Assembly: GCA_043817075.1 (NCBI GenBank)
Contig: JBDRHG010000023.1
Location: 11,315 to 75,314 of the forward strand
Origin: an archaeon
GTDB lineage: Archaea; Nanobdellota; Nanobdellia; Woesearchaeales; JAADFO01
DNA length: 64,000 nucleotides
Direction of reading: 5' to 3'
The notes under the pieces were generated by a model that was not told where the DNA came from, ran no database searches, and saw only the letters and a list, made by a program, of their open reading frames with translations. Both the position numbers and the translations under genes were made by a program. Positions 18,714 to 27,196 of the stretch are shown here, piece by piece. Position 1 is the first letter of the stretch. Every line of letters begins with the position of its first letter.

Positions 18714-19496
18714 TTACTCGTTATGGGTGAGCATACCGCGCTTCTTTGCGCCCTCGACCGCTTTATGCATCAGGAAGGTCGCTGCTATCAGGAGCACGAT
18801 GGTGACCGAGAACGCGTACCAGATGCTGCCGATATCCACCGGATTACCTGCCAGTATGGCGCGCATGGATTCGAAGATCCGGGTCGATGGCAGGACGCTG
18901 GCGAATCCTCGCGCCCATCCAGGCAGCGCTGATAGAGGATAGAAGATGCATGAGAAGGGCTGCAGCAGCCACACCGCGCTCCATGCGAAGACCTGGATAC
19001 GTTGGCCGAAGCGGAAGATGAGCGCTGAGATCAACAGGCCTAGCGCCCATCCGAAAAGGAGCAGAAGCGGGATGAATACCACCAGATAGATGCCTATCGT
19101 GAGTATCGAGAACTGGTACAGCAGGAAGGCCATGAGCCAGAGGAAGAAGAACGTTATGATTGAACGGCCCAATGCGAAGATGACGGTCGAGGCCACGAGC
19201 TCGCTGGTGCGTACCGGCGATGTGAACAGGTTGAAGAGGTTACGGCTCCAGAAATCCTCCAGCACGAATACGGTGATGTCCTGCGACGCCCGCCAGACGA
19301 AGACCCAGAGGATGACGCCGCCCATGAACATCGAGAGCAGGTTGACGTCGGCCAGGTCCTTGATGTAATATGTGGCGAAGCCCCAGAGCAGGATATCGAG
19401 CATGGGCCAGTAGAATACGTCGAAGAGACGGTCGAGACGGTTCTTGCTGATATACCAATATTTCAGCATCAGGGCGTTGACACGGTGCATCTTCAT
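18714..19496 (-). CDS. ABC-2 type transporter permease
   Basis: 260 aa with about 6 TM helices. Its ATG overlaps the stop of the upstream ABC ATPase gene (ATGA). Confidence 0.8.
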   Translation of the reverse strand: MKMHRVNALMLKYWYISKNRLDRLFDVFYWPMLDILLWGFATYYIKDLADVNLLSMFMGGVILWVFVWRASQDITVFVLEDFWSRNLFNLFTSPVRTSELVASTVIFALGRSIITFFFLWLMAFLLYQFSILTIGIYLVVFIPLLLLFGWALGLLISALIFRFGQRIQVFAWSAVWLLQPFSCIFYPLSALPGWARGFASVLPSTRIFESMRAILAGNPVDIGSIWYAFSVTIVLLIAATFLMHKAVEGAKKRGMLTHNE

Positions 19497-20428
19497 CTCT
19501 TGCCACCCCGCGCTATGGTGATGAAGATGTCGTCGAGAGTGGGGCGGTGGATGGAGAGCTCGCGCACCTTGTAACCGCGGGTGAAGAGCGAGTTGAGCAG
19601 CTTGTATAGCCGTTCGCTTCCTGCTTCGACCTCGAACCTCACCGCGTTCTCACCCACGAACATGATGTCGATACCTTTCTGGGAGAAGAAGGCCTTGAGC
19701 TTTGGGTCGGTCTTGACGAAGTCGATCTCGATCTGCTCGTTCTTGATCAATTTCTTTAGGTTGGTCGCGGTGTCGATCTTGACGATCTTTCCTGCGCTGA
19801 GGAAGGCGATGCGGTCGCAGAGTTCCTCTACCTCGTACATGTAATGCGACGTGAAGATGATGGTGGCCTTCTCGTTCTTCTGGTATTCTCGGATCGCTCT
19901 CCTTGTCTTCTCGGCGATGTCTGGATCAAGGCCGACTGTGCATTCGTCGAGGAGCAACACTTTGGGGGTGTTGAGCAGACCCTTGCAAAGGGTGAGGCGC
20001 GTGCGTTCCCCGCTGGAGAGCTGGTTTGACTTCTTATGCTTGAGATGGGAGAGCTCGAAGAGGGCGAGGAGATAGTCGATCCGTTTCTCTAATTCCTTGA
20101 CGTCGAATAGGCGGCCATAGACGCGGAGGTTCTCTGACACAGAGAGAATGTCCGATAGTCCGAAGTAGGCCGACGCCGTGTTCATCCGGTTGCGCACATA
20201 TTCCCAATCCATATCGGGATCCTTTCCGAGTATGCGGATGGTGCCGGCATCGCATTTCAGGAGTCCTGCGATGATGTTGATCGTCGTGCTCTTGCCAGCT
20301 CCATTCGGGCCGAGCAGGCCGAAGATCTCGCCTTCCTTGACCGAGAACGATATGCCGTCGACTGCCTTGATGCGCTTCTTCTTCGCGACATAGGTCTTCT
20401 CCAGGTCCTTGACGACAATCGCGTCCAT
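19493..20428 (-). CDS. ABC transporter ATP-binding protein
   Basis: Walker A GLLGPNGAGKST, signature LSSGERTRL, Walker B LLLDECT. I prefer the start MDAIVVKDL (20428) because a TATATAAAA box is centred ~24 nt upstream. Confidence 0.9.
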   Translation of the reverse strand: MDAIVVKDLEKTYVAKKKRIKAVDGISFSVKEGEIFGLLGPNGAGKSTTINIIAGLLKCDAGTIRILGKDPDMDWEYVRNRMNTASAYFGLSDILSVSENLRVYGRLFDVKELEKRIDYLLALFELSHLKHKKSNQLSSGERTRLTLCKGLLNTPKVLLLDECTVGLDPDIAEKTRRAIREYQKNEKATIIFTSHYMYEVEELCDRIAFLSAGKIVKIDTATNLKKLIKNEQIEIDFVKTDPKLKAFFSQKGIDIMFVGENAVRFEVEAGSERLYKLLNSLFTRGYKVRELSIHRPTLDDIFITIARGGKR

Positions 20429-20510
20429 GCGGGGCATTGGTCAAGATGTATATAAAAGGGTTTCCCATCATCGGAAAGGCATTTATGTGTCGACGTTTCC
20501 ACAATGGGTT

Positions 20511-21173
20511 ATGGTGCGTCTCATGCGGATCCTGGTTCCTGCCGTGTTGGCCATTCTGCTGTTCCTGACATTGTCTCTTGGCGTGATCATGGATATGGCC
20601 TTCGACCGGGATTTCTATGAAGAGCAGTTCTCCTTGAACGGGGCGACAGCGAGATTCGGTGATGGAGCCATGGCAGCGGCGGAGAATGTGATGGATTACC
20701 TCCGCGGGCAAGGATTGCTATCGGATTTCTTCAACGAAAGGGAGAAGGCGCATATGGTGGATGTCAAAGGATTGTTCGACACCGCAGAGATGATCGCGTT
20801 GATTTCGCTGGTACTGGCGGTGCTGATCGTGTTGTACCTCTATTGGAAGATGCCGCAGCAGGCGGTGCGCCTAGTAGGTCTCGGTCTCATCCTGGTGCTG
20901 CCGGTGGCAGGACTTGTCGCTCTGCTCATCATGGTCCAGGACTTCTCCACCTTCTGGAAGGGCTTTCATGAGCTGGTATTCTCCAACGATCTCTGGTTGT
21001 TGGATCCTGAGACGGACAACATGATCGTCTTGTTCGCTGGCGACTTCTTCTCCAACATGGTCGAGCGCATCATCGTCTCAATAGGATTGCTATCGCTGCT
21101 GTGTGCAGGTGTAGGAGTCGTCCTGTACAGATGGAAGGCTCAACTTAAGAAGGGACGCGGTTCCCGGGTCTGA
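20511..21173 (+). CDS. DUF1461/TIGR01906-like integral membrane protein
   Basis: FHELVFSNDLWLLDPETDNMIVLF plus the flanking TM helices resemble the TIGR01906 family. Start set at ATG 20511 (MVRLMRILV), 26 nt downstream of a CATTTATGTG box. Confidence 0.55.
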   Translation: MVRLMRILVPAVLAILLFLTLSLGVIMDMAFDRDFYEEQFSLNGATARFGDGAMAAAENVMDYLRGQGLLSDFFNEREKAHMVDVKGLFDTAEMIALISLVLAVLIVLYLYWKMPQQAVRLVGLGLILVLPVAGLVALLIMVQDFSTFWKGFHELVFSNDLWLLDPETDNMIVLFAGDFFSNMVERIIVSIGLLSLLCAGVGVVLYRWKAQLKKGRGSRV

Positions 21174-21178
21174 GTCTT

Positions 21179-21406
21179 TCACTTCGCCGAGATCAGGGTA
21201 GAAGTCAGCTTGATGCCGGGGATGTTCCTGACGTGGTCCACAACGAAGGCTCCAAGGGCCTCAGGATTCTCCGTCTCCACCTTGAGGATGATATCCCATT
21301 CTCCGAAGAGGATGTTACCCTCCTTGACGACCGGGTTGTCCAGAAGCATGCTGAGGATGTCCTGCTCGTTGGTGTTCTCCAAGCCGATGAGTATGTAGCC
21401 GATCAT
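21179..21406 (-). CDS. Stand-alone Lrp/AsnC ligand-binding (RAM) domain protein
   Basis: MIGYILIGLENTNEQDILSMLLDNPVVKEGNILFGEWDIILKVETENPEALGAFVVDHVRNIPGIKLTSTLI fits the AsnC_trans_reg fold pattern. Start at 21406 is supported by a TTTTTAAAC box ~26 nt upstream. Confidence 0.65.
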   Translation of the reverse strand: MIGYILIGLENTNEQDILSMLLDNPVVKEGNILFGEWDIILKVETENPEALGAFVVDHVRNIPGIKLTSTLISAK

Positions 21407-21479
21407 GGGAAACGGAGGCCTAACCGCGTTTAAAAACGTTTGGGCCAACTTTTTATAGTATAATTCGCATCCTCAGGAT

Positions 21480-21884
21480 ATGCCATTCGATGAGACATCC
21501 GCAGGCGTTGTCGTCTTCCAGGATGGGCCGGTCTATCTGCTTCTCCACTATGCTGAAGGACATTGGGGGTTTCCGAAAGGGCATGTGGAAGGGGATGAGA
21601 CCTTACGGCAGGCTGCGATCAGGGAGACGAAGGAGGAGACCGGCATAACAGATCTCGATTTCATCGAAGGATTCTCCCGAGAAGTAGAGTATGACTATGA
21701 ACGCGACGGGGTCTTGCGAACGAAGCAAGTCACCTTCTTCCTCGCCAAAACAGAAACTGAGCAGATCAAGTTGAGCGCTGAGCACCAGGGATGTCGGTGG
21801 CTATCCTTCGAGGATGCCGAGAAGCTGCTCACATTCGACAATGACCGGAATGTGCTCAAGGCTGTCCAAGAACGGCTCACTTGA
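21480..21884 (+). CDS. NUDIX hydrolase (Ap4A-hydrolase-like)
   Basis: Nudix box GHVEGDETLRQAAIRETKEETGI. A TATA-like CTTTTTATAG lies ~26 nt upstream. Confidence 0.85.
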   Translation: MPFDETSAGVVVFQDGPVYLLLHYAEGHWGFPKGHVEGDETLRQAAIRETKEETGITDLDFIEGFSREVEYDYERDGVLRTKQVTFFLAKTETEQIKLSAEHQGCRWLSFEDAEKLLTFDNDRNVLKAVQERLT

Positions 21885-21999
21885 GATGATCCACATGCAT
21901 CTCCGCATGCCATTTCTTGACGCATGGCTCGCAGCAATGTTGACCTTCCTCCTCGTTGTCGGTCCTCTTGCCGCAGAACGGGCAGCTCAAGTCGATCAT
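21877..21999 (-). CDS. Hypothetical 40-aa zinc-ribbon peptide
   Basis: My own translation gives MIDLSCPFCGKRTDNEEEGQHCCEPCVKKWHAEMHVDHLK*, with a CxxC...CxxC pattern. Below the ORF-track cut-off, so speculative. Confidence 0.3.
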   Translation of the reverse strand: MIDLSCPFCGKRTDNEEEGQHCCEPCVKKWHAEMHVDHLK

Positions 22000-22050
22000 A
22001 TGACGGTTAAAATGCGCAAGTTATAAAAATCAGTCGGCTACCGCAACATT

Positions 22051-22812
22051 ATGCACTATCATCGCGTATCCGAAGGACTGGTCATGGTCATCCTTCTCGT
22101 TTTAGTCCTTGCTCTCATCGGCTGCGCCCCTGAGCCTCCTCCTGAAGAGACCGTCACACCCATGCAGACAATGGATATCGACGGTATCACCTATACTGAG
22201 GTATCCGAGGTCTCACTCAAACCGAAGTATGATCCGGTCGTATACGAGAACGCGCAAGGTGATCGCATCATCATGATAGACGTCGAAGGTCATCGTCTGG
22301 TCTATCCCTATTCTGGTGAGAACGAAGCGGTCATGCGATATCTCGACCAGATGATGGCGGAAAACGAGACCGTGATCGCCTGGTGGTCTTTGGCAGGCCA
22401 GGTGATGGGACAGACCGGACGGACGATGCCTGTCATCGCACCGACCGACCAGCTCATCGAGGATGGCATAGGATACGCGGCCAGCTGGGACAGCGACGTC
22501 CGGGGGAATGCCGAAGAGCTCGCCCTTCTTGCCGCCGCGTTGGTCTCGAACAACTCGTTCCACACATACCAATACCTGGCATCCAAAGGGACGAGGCTCA
22601 TCGTCATCCCTGAACTCGATCCCGAACTCGTCTCTGCGCTGTTCGATGCGTCGGGTATCGACCCTCAGCCTTTCATGGCAGGGGAGACGTTCACTCAGGC
22701 CGGTAGGGACCTGGTCATCTACCGCATGATGCGTGGTCAAGGGCTGGCCAATTTCAAGAAGCTCTACCATGATGCGCATACACGGATATACCTGAGCGGG
22801 ACCACAGGCTGA
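22051..22812 (+). CDS. Hypothetical lipoprotein
   Basis: Signal/lipobox LALIGC. 253 aa. A GTTATAAAAAT box lies ~27 nt upstream. Confidence 0.55.
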   Translation: MHYHRVSEGLVMVILLVLVLALIGCAPEPPPEETVTPMQTMDIDGITYTEVSEVSLKPKYDPVVYENAQGDRIIMIDVEGHRLVYPYSGENEAVMRYLDQMMAENETVIAWWSLAGQVMGQTGRTMPVIAPTDQLIEDGIGYAASWDSDVRGNAEELALLAAALVSNNSFHTYQYLASKGTRLIVIPELDPELVSALFDASGIDPQPFMAGETFTQAGRDLVIYRMMRGQGLANFKKLYHDAHTRIYLSGTTG

Positions 22813-23550
22813 TCAGGCCCTTCTGCAGAAAGTCATGAAGCCGGAATGCCCGATTGCCTGACTTCTCGGACGTACCTTCCTACCGTCAACTTCCCATTCT
22901 CTCTCGATGAGCTCGATGGTCTTGAGGATGATGAAGTCACCTGATTCTTCCACCGCTTGGACGAAGTCGCTGACCTGCGGGGTGGTGGGGCTGTAGGAGA
23001 CGAAGAATCCGCCGGGCTTGATAGCCTTGGCCGCATGTTGCACCGCTCTCCATGGTTCAGGCAGGTCAAGCACCAGGAGGTCGACGTTCTTCTCGTCGAT
23101 GCCTTCATAGATGTCCTTGAGCTCGTGGGTGATGTTCTTGAGGCCCATATCCTCGGCGTTTCCCTTGGCTATCTTGTGGAAGTCCTCGCGGACCTCGTAG
23201 GAGACGACGCTCTTGACCACGTTGGCGAGCGCGATACCGAGCGCGCCTGATCCCGAACCCGCTTCAAAGCATACTGAATCCTTCCCGATGCCGGTCTCTG
23301 CGATGATGGCGCCGACGTCCTTTCTCGGGATGATCTGGGGGCCGCGTTTGATCTTGGCGTAGCGATCGCAGAAGGACGAAGGAAATATGGTCAATGCGAC
23401 TCCTGTATTGGTCTGGATATGACTGCCGGCACGCTTTCCGATGTCTTCCTTCTTCACCAAACCATGCTGGCAATGGTAGTCCTCGTCAGCGTTTCTGATG
23501 TAGAACCTTCTTCCTGCGCGGTCGATGAGGACCTTCTTTATCGGAGCCAT
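22813..23550 (-). CDS. trmI: tRNA (adenine-N1)-methyltransferase (TrmI/Trm61 family)
   Basis: SAM motif FEAGSGSGALGIALA and the GCD14-type layout (DLPEPW). Confidence 0.85.
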   Translation of the reverse strand: MAPIKKVLIDRAGRRFYIRNADEDYHCQHGLVKKEDIGKRAGSHIQTNTGVALTIFPSSFCDRYAKIKRGPQIIPRKDVGAIIAETGIGKDSVCFEAGSGSGALGIALANVVKSVVSYEVREDFHKIAKGNAEDMGLKNITHELKDIYEGIDEKNVDLLVLDLPEPWRAVQHAAKAIKPGGFFVSYSPTTPQVSDFVQAVEESGDFIILKTIELIEREWEVDGRKVRPRSQAIGHSGFMTFCRRA

Positions 23551-23575
23551 GCCAGAGGAGGACTGATGCTTCTAT

Positions 23576-23773
23576 TTAAAGATTCTCAAGAGATCTTCTT
23601 CGGGCCGATGCGGAATTGCCGGTGATGACCTTCAGGCTGATCGCTGCGGCGTAGATGATGATGACCCATGATTGGAATGATGATTCTGTGGTGAAGTACA
23701 GCCAATAGGGGAGCGTCCATGGCTGGAGGAATTGCGCGACGAAGACATAGGCGACCACCAAAGCGCTGAGCAC
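23576..23773 (-). CDS. Hypothetical small membrane protein (possibly a 3' remnant of a disrupted gene)
   Basis: 65-aa ORF with a GTG start lying exactly at the composition break with the AT-rich island. Two hydrophobic segments. Confidence 0.25.
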   Translation of the reverse strand: MLSALVVAYVFVAQFLQPWTLPYWLYFTTESSFQSWVIIIYAAAISLKVITGNSASARRRSLENL

Positions 23774-23774
23774 G

Positions 23775-25004
23775 TCACCTAAACTCTAACAAACATTTCT
23801 TTAGCGCACTTTTTATTTCTTTCTTCTCGAGCACTTTAGAAAAAGACACCCATTTTTTTTTCAATAGCAATAACTGGTCAAAAACATTGTACTTGGGTAG
23901 GTGTTCTTGTGATGCGAGTTTTGCATTTTCCAGACATTGTAATGCTGAAAAACTATCTCCTATACTCATATATTGCTCTGCCATTATCTTGCAGCTTCTC
24001 TCAATCTTGCTATCCAGATTTTTACCGATAAATGCGGATGTATACGGAGCCAGATTTTTCGTTTCAACCTTGACCATATTCATATGCGTTCTTTGTTGTC
24101 TAATCTTTTGTCTTTGATAAATAAATCTATATATGTCTGTTCTATGCATTTTCCATAAAGGGTGTCCGGAAGGGGATGGTGTATGTTTTATGAATATTTT
24201 TCTATCAAAGAATATATTGAACCCCCACATCTTAGAATTGATCAAATAATCGATATCTTCTCCTCTGGGTATTCTGATATCAAAAGGTATCTTCGTGAAA
24301 AGATTCCTATGGATCACAGAACATCCTCCAAGCATCCAATGTGCTTCTTTTAATCTGGGGCCTTTCTTGATAAATTGGTCGAACGCCGCATTCATTAATT
24401 TTACCTGATTCCAACTGGAGCGCCATTTGGATTTTTTATCAATTAAATTTATCCTATTATTCTCGTAAGTGTAGTATCCTGCAATTCCATCAACCATTTT
24501 TCCATTGTGTTCTTTTCCAATAAATTCCTTTGCCTTAAACAAGAAATCAGGATCTGTTATGATTTCATCATCATCGATCGATATCAGTATTTCCGCATCC
24601 AAAATTTGTGCAGCTATCAAGGAAAGGTTCCTAACTGGAGAATACCCTTTCATATGAAGAAAGACATTATATCTATCTTGATAATTTTTTTTAATAATCT
24701 TCTTGAATTTATCTACCTCAACTCGAGATAACAAATAAAGCTTAATTTTGCTATTTTTTGTATATTCTATAAGTTCTTTTTTTATTTTTTTATACATTTC
24801 TCCCATTACTTTCGCTGAAACAGCTGATGCAATAACAAGAACATCGAAATCAGTGTCCTTTAAGATTTTCAGGCTTTCAAGAGTCCTAATGAAAGTGCCT
24901 TTAGAATTGACAGGTGTCGGATGATCGAAAACTGGGAGTTTTTGTTCGTTTAAGCCATAATTCTCATGACTCCAATATGTGGGTATCACTATTAATGTTT
25001 TCAT
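23775..25004 (-). CDS. Putative GT-A fold glycosyltransferase (GT2-like)
   Basis: MKTLIVIPTYW start, a DXD-like ISIDDDE, then GGCSVIHRNLF and RGEDIDY, which together fit the GT2-type order of motifs. Sample lines are only ~22-27% G+C versus ~53% in the flanks. Confidence 0.5.
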   Translation of the reverse strand: MKTLIVIPTYWSHENYGLNEQKLPVFDHPTPVNSKGTFIRTLESLKILKDTDFDVLVIASAVSAKVMGEMYKKIKKELIEYTKNSKIKLYLLSRVEVDKFKKIIKKNYQDRYNVFLHMKGYSPVRNLSLIAAQILDAEILISIDDDEIITDPDFLFKAKEFIGKEHNGKMVDGIAGYYTYENNRINLIDKKSKWRSSWNQVKLMNAAFDQFIKKGPRLKEAHWMLGGCSVIHRNLFTKIPFDIRIPRGEDIDYLINSKMWGFNIFFDRKIFIKHTPSPSGHPLWKMHRTDIYRFIYQRQKIRQQRTHMNMVKVETKNLAPYTSAFIGKNLDSKIERSCKIMAEQYMSIGDSFSALQCLENAKLASQEHLPKYNVFDQLLLLKKKWVSFSKVLEKKEIKSALKKCLLEFR

Positions 25005-25046
25005 TTTAGGATAATAACTTAGGTCTTTATTAAATTATGTGATATG

Positions 25047-26057
25047 TAGTCGCCGACAAAAGTAAATTATAAATACTAGTTCTTCTCTTTTGTGGTTTAT
25101 GATATCCATCCAAGAACGCGAGTTAATAGTGAAATTACATCGACAAGGGAAGAAGCAGGAGTATATTGCTAATTTGATTGGTTGTAGTCAACCAACTGTA
25201 CACAACTGGATTCGCCGCGCGGAGCGTGGGCGAAGCCTTAAGACGTTGCCACGGAGTGGCAGGCCGACAAAACTAACCGATAAGAATCTGTCGCTGCTCA
25301 AGCAGCGAATTCTTGGACGAGTGAAGTCGGCGAATGAAGCGTTTTGTTCTGTTAGCACCAAGCAACTTGGTGAGCTTATTCGTCAGGAAATCGGCGAAAC
25401 ATACAGCATGCGTCATGTCGAACGTGTTATGCACAAGCTTGGATTCAGCCTCATAAAACCTCGATCACAACACTTGCGTCACGACCAAGAAAAAGTGGAT
25501 GCTTTTCGTGATGAATTTAAAAAAAACTCGTACAAGAATATGTGGACTATGAACTCGTCGCCATCGATGAGGTGAGCTTTCAGCTCACCACCAATTACAA
25601 ACGAATATGGTTTCCCAAGGGACAACGCCCACGAGGAGCATTCTTTTGGAGCAACAAAAAACTCATCACGTTTGCTGCATTAACCAGTAATCACGAGTTC
25701 TACTATGACTTTTATGACGTCCAGAACAGCTTGACGTTTCGCCATTTCTTGCGAAATTTGTTTGCTTGGCTTGACCCAAGCAAAAAATATATTCTCATCC
25801 TCGACAATGCAGGATGGCATAAAACACAAGTCGTCAAACAATTATACGATGAACAAGACTCCTGGATCAAAGTGGAATTCATCCCGCCATACAGCCCAGA
25901 ACTCAACCCCATTGAAACAAACTGGAAAGTCACGAGAAATGCCGTGACTAAGTCACAGCATTTCACAACTATCAACGACATGCAAAAAGCACTAGAAAAC
26001 TTCTGGACAACACATATTTTCACACAGAACTTTATAACTTATTTATGTCGTTGACTA
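25047..26057 (+). mobile_element. IS630/Tc1-mariner family insertion sequence (~1.0 kb)
   Basis: Imperfect 27-bp terminal inverted repeats, TAGTCGCCGACAAAAGTAAATTATAAA (25047-25073) versus the reverse complement of 26031-26057 (22/27 identical). TA dinucleotides at both tips. The transposase is encoded in two frames. Confidence 0.8.
25090..26054 (+). CDS. IS630-family transposase, orfA (25090..25575) plus orfB (25542..26054), joined by a -1 frameshift
   Basis: orfA has an HTH (CSQPTVHNWIRRAERG). orfB has DDE_3 motifs (LDNAGWHKT, PPYSPELNPIE). The slippery A AAA AAC lies within an A8 run at 25519-25526. A -1 slip there reads ...EFKKKLVQEYVDYELVAIDE... Confidence 0.8.
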
Positions 26058-26382
26058 ATGATTACTAGTCAGTCCAACTCTATGATAAAAAAGGTTTAAT
26101 ATAATAGTCATTAAGACTAATACTACAATCGCTCTTGAATTTTCAACATCTCTGATTTGTTTAAACCAATTGTTTTTCTTACTTGATACGAAATTGTCCT
26201 TGATGTATTTCCTTTAATGTTCTTCGAGCTCAATAAAGTATTCCTTAAACTTTAGTTTTCTTGCGAAGAATTGATTCGATTTAGTAACAAGCTCATCATC
26301 CATGGATTCACCCATATTAAAATTAGGAAAATAAGCGAAGGGAGGTTTGTGGAAATAGAATTTCCGAACCTCCCTCGCATCA

Positions 26383-26456
26383 AGCGAGGGGAGGGATTTG
26401 AACCCTCGAATATCCGCTCTGCAGGCGGACGCCTTAGACCACTTGGCTACCCTCGC
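26383..26456 (-). tRNA. tRNA-Cys (GCA)
   Basis: Hand-folded as GCGAGGG UA GCCA AGUGGUCUA AGGC G UCCGC CUGCAGA GCGGA UAUUC GAGGG UUCAAAU CCCUC CCCUCGC U. Acceptor, anticodon and T stems are perfect, and the discriminator is U73 as expected for Cys. No encoded CCA. Confidence 0.85.
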
Positions 26457-26504
26457 GCGGATGCTTGAGGAACCGAGGGGCTTTTAAATACTTTTCTGCC
26501 ACAA

Positions 26505-26515
26505 GGTTTATATAC
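26505..26515 (+). promoter_or_regulatory. Putative TATA box (GGTTTATATAC) of the SemiSWEET gene
   Basis: Centred 26 nt upstream of ATG 26536. Confidence 0.4.
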
Positions 26516-26535
26516 CTCAGTCATGGATTGCGGGG

Positions 26536-26844
26536 ATGCAATTCAACATCTTCCGGCTTCTCGATCACCATCAACACAAAGAAGATTGGGTCAAGATCCT
26601 CGACAAGACCGTCCTTATCGGAGGCATCTTGGGTCCGATGATGACCTTCCCGCAGATCATAAAGATTTTCATCACGCATCAAGCGGCAGGAGTCTCGGTG
26701 ATGACCTGGGGGCTATACTGTATCTTCAACACCCCCTGGATCATCTACGGCATCGTCCACAACCAGAAACCTATCGTTATATCCTACATTCTCTGGTTCA
26801 TCACCAACCTCTGTGTGATCGCAGGTGCGTTGCTGTACGGGTGA
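26536..26844 (+). CDS. SemiSWEET / PQ-loop (MtN3-like) 3-TM transporter
   Basis: 102 aa with three TM helices and the PQ motif (MTFPQIIKIF). Confidence 0.7.
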   Translation: MQFNIFRLLDHHQHKEDWVKILDKTVLIGGILGPMMTFPQIIKIFITHQAAGVSVMTWGLYCIFNTPWIIYGIVHNQKPIVISYILWFITNLCVIAGALLYG

Positions 26845-26845
26845 C

Positions 26846-27196
26846 TCACCCGACACGGGTGCCGGGAGGCACCTCTTTCTCAGGCACAGCCAAGACCGGC
26901 ACGATCTTGTCGGCATAGCCGATATCGAACAGCATACCTTCAGAAACCTGTCCCATCATCTCCTTGGGTGCCAGGTTGACTACGAAGAGCGCTTGCACAC
27001 CTTCGATCTCCTTCGGATTTTCCCTCTCCTTCTTCATGCCCACCAGGATGGTGCGCGAGAACTCGCCGAAATCAACGTTCAGCTTCATCAGCTTGTCGGA
27101 TCTCTCGATATCGTCGACCTTCTTGATGGTGCCGACGCGGATGTCTATCTTATCAAGATCCCCGAAAGAGATAGTGGGTTTGACCGGCGCGGTCAT
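26846..27196 (-). CDS. csaA: tRNA-binding domain protein (CsaA/Trbp111/EMAP-II-like)
   Basis: IDIRVGTI...LFVVNLAPKEMMG OB-fold signature. Its ATG overlaps the stop of the upstream MscS gene. Confidence 0.8.
   Translation of the reverse strand: MTAPVKPTISFGDLDKIDIRVGTIKKVDDIERSDKLMKLNVDFGEFSRTILVGMKKERENPKEIEGVQALFVVNLAPKEMMGQVSEGMLFDIGYADKIVPVLAVPEKEVPPGTRVG

Noticed and set aside
20034-20711. 225-aa minus-strand ORF spanning the ABC ATPase 5' end and the divergent promoter region
   Set aside because: It is out of frame with the real ATPase (Walker A is in the 19493..20437 frame). It also runs through the TATA-containing intergenic region.
26371-26390. Inverted repeat CCCTCGC-ATCAA-GCGAGGG formed by the tRNA-Cys 3' acceptor strand and the sequence just downstream; considered as an att site
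   Set aside because: It is only 7 bp and is an inverted repeat, not a direct one. It is more simply a small hairpin after the tRNA. No matching direct repeat was found at the far end of the AT-rich island.
26271-26468. 65-aa plus-strand ORF overlapping tRNA-Cys, and likewise the 28202..28582 and 28354..28572 ORFs overlapping tRNA-Arg
   Set aside because: They are fully explained by the tRNA genes and their flanks, and they give no coding signal.
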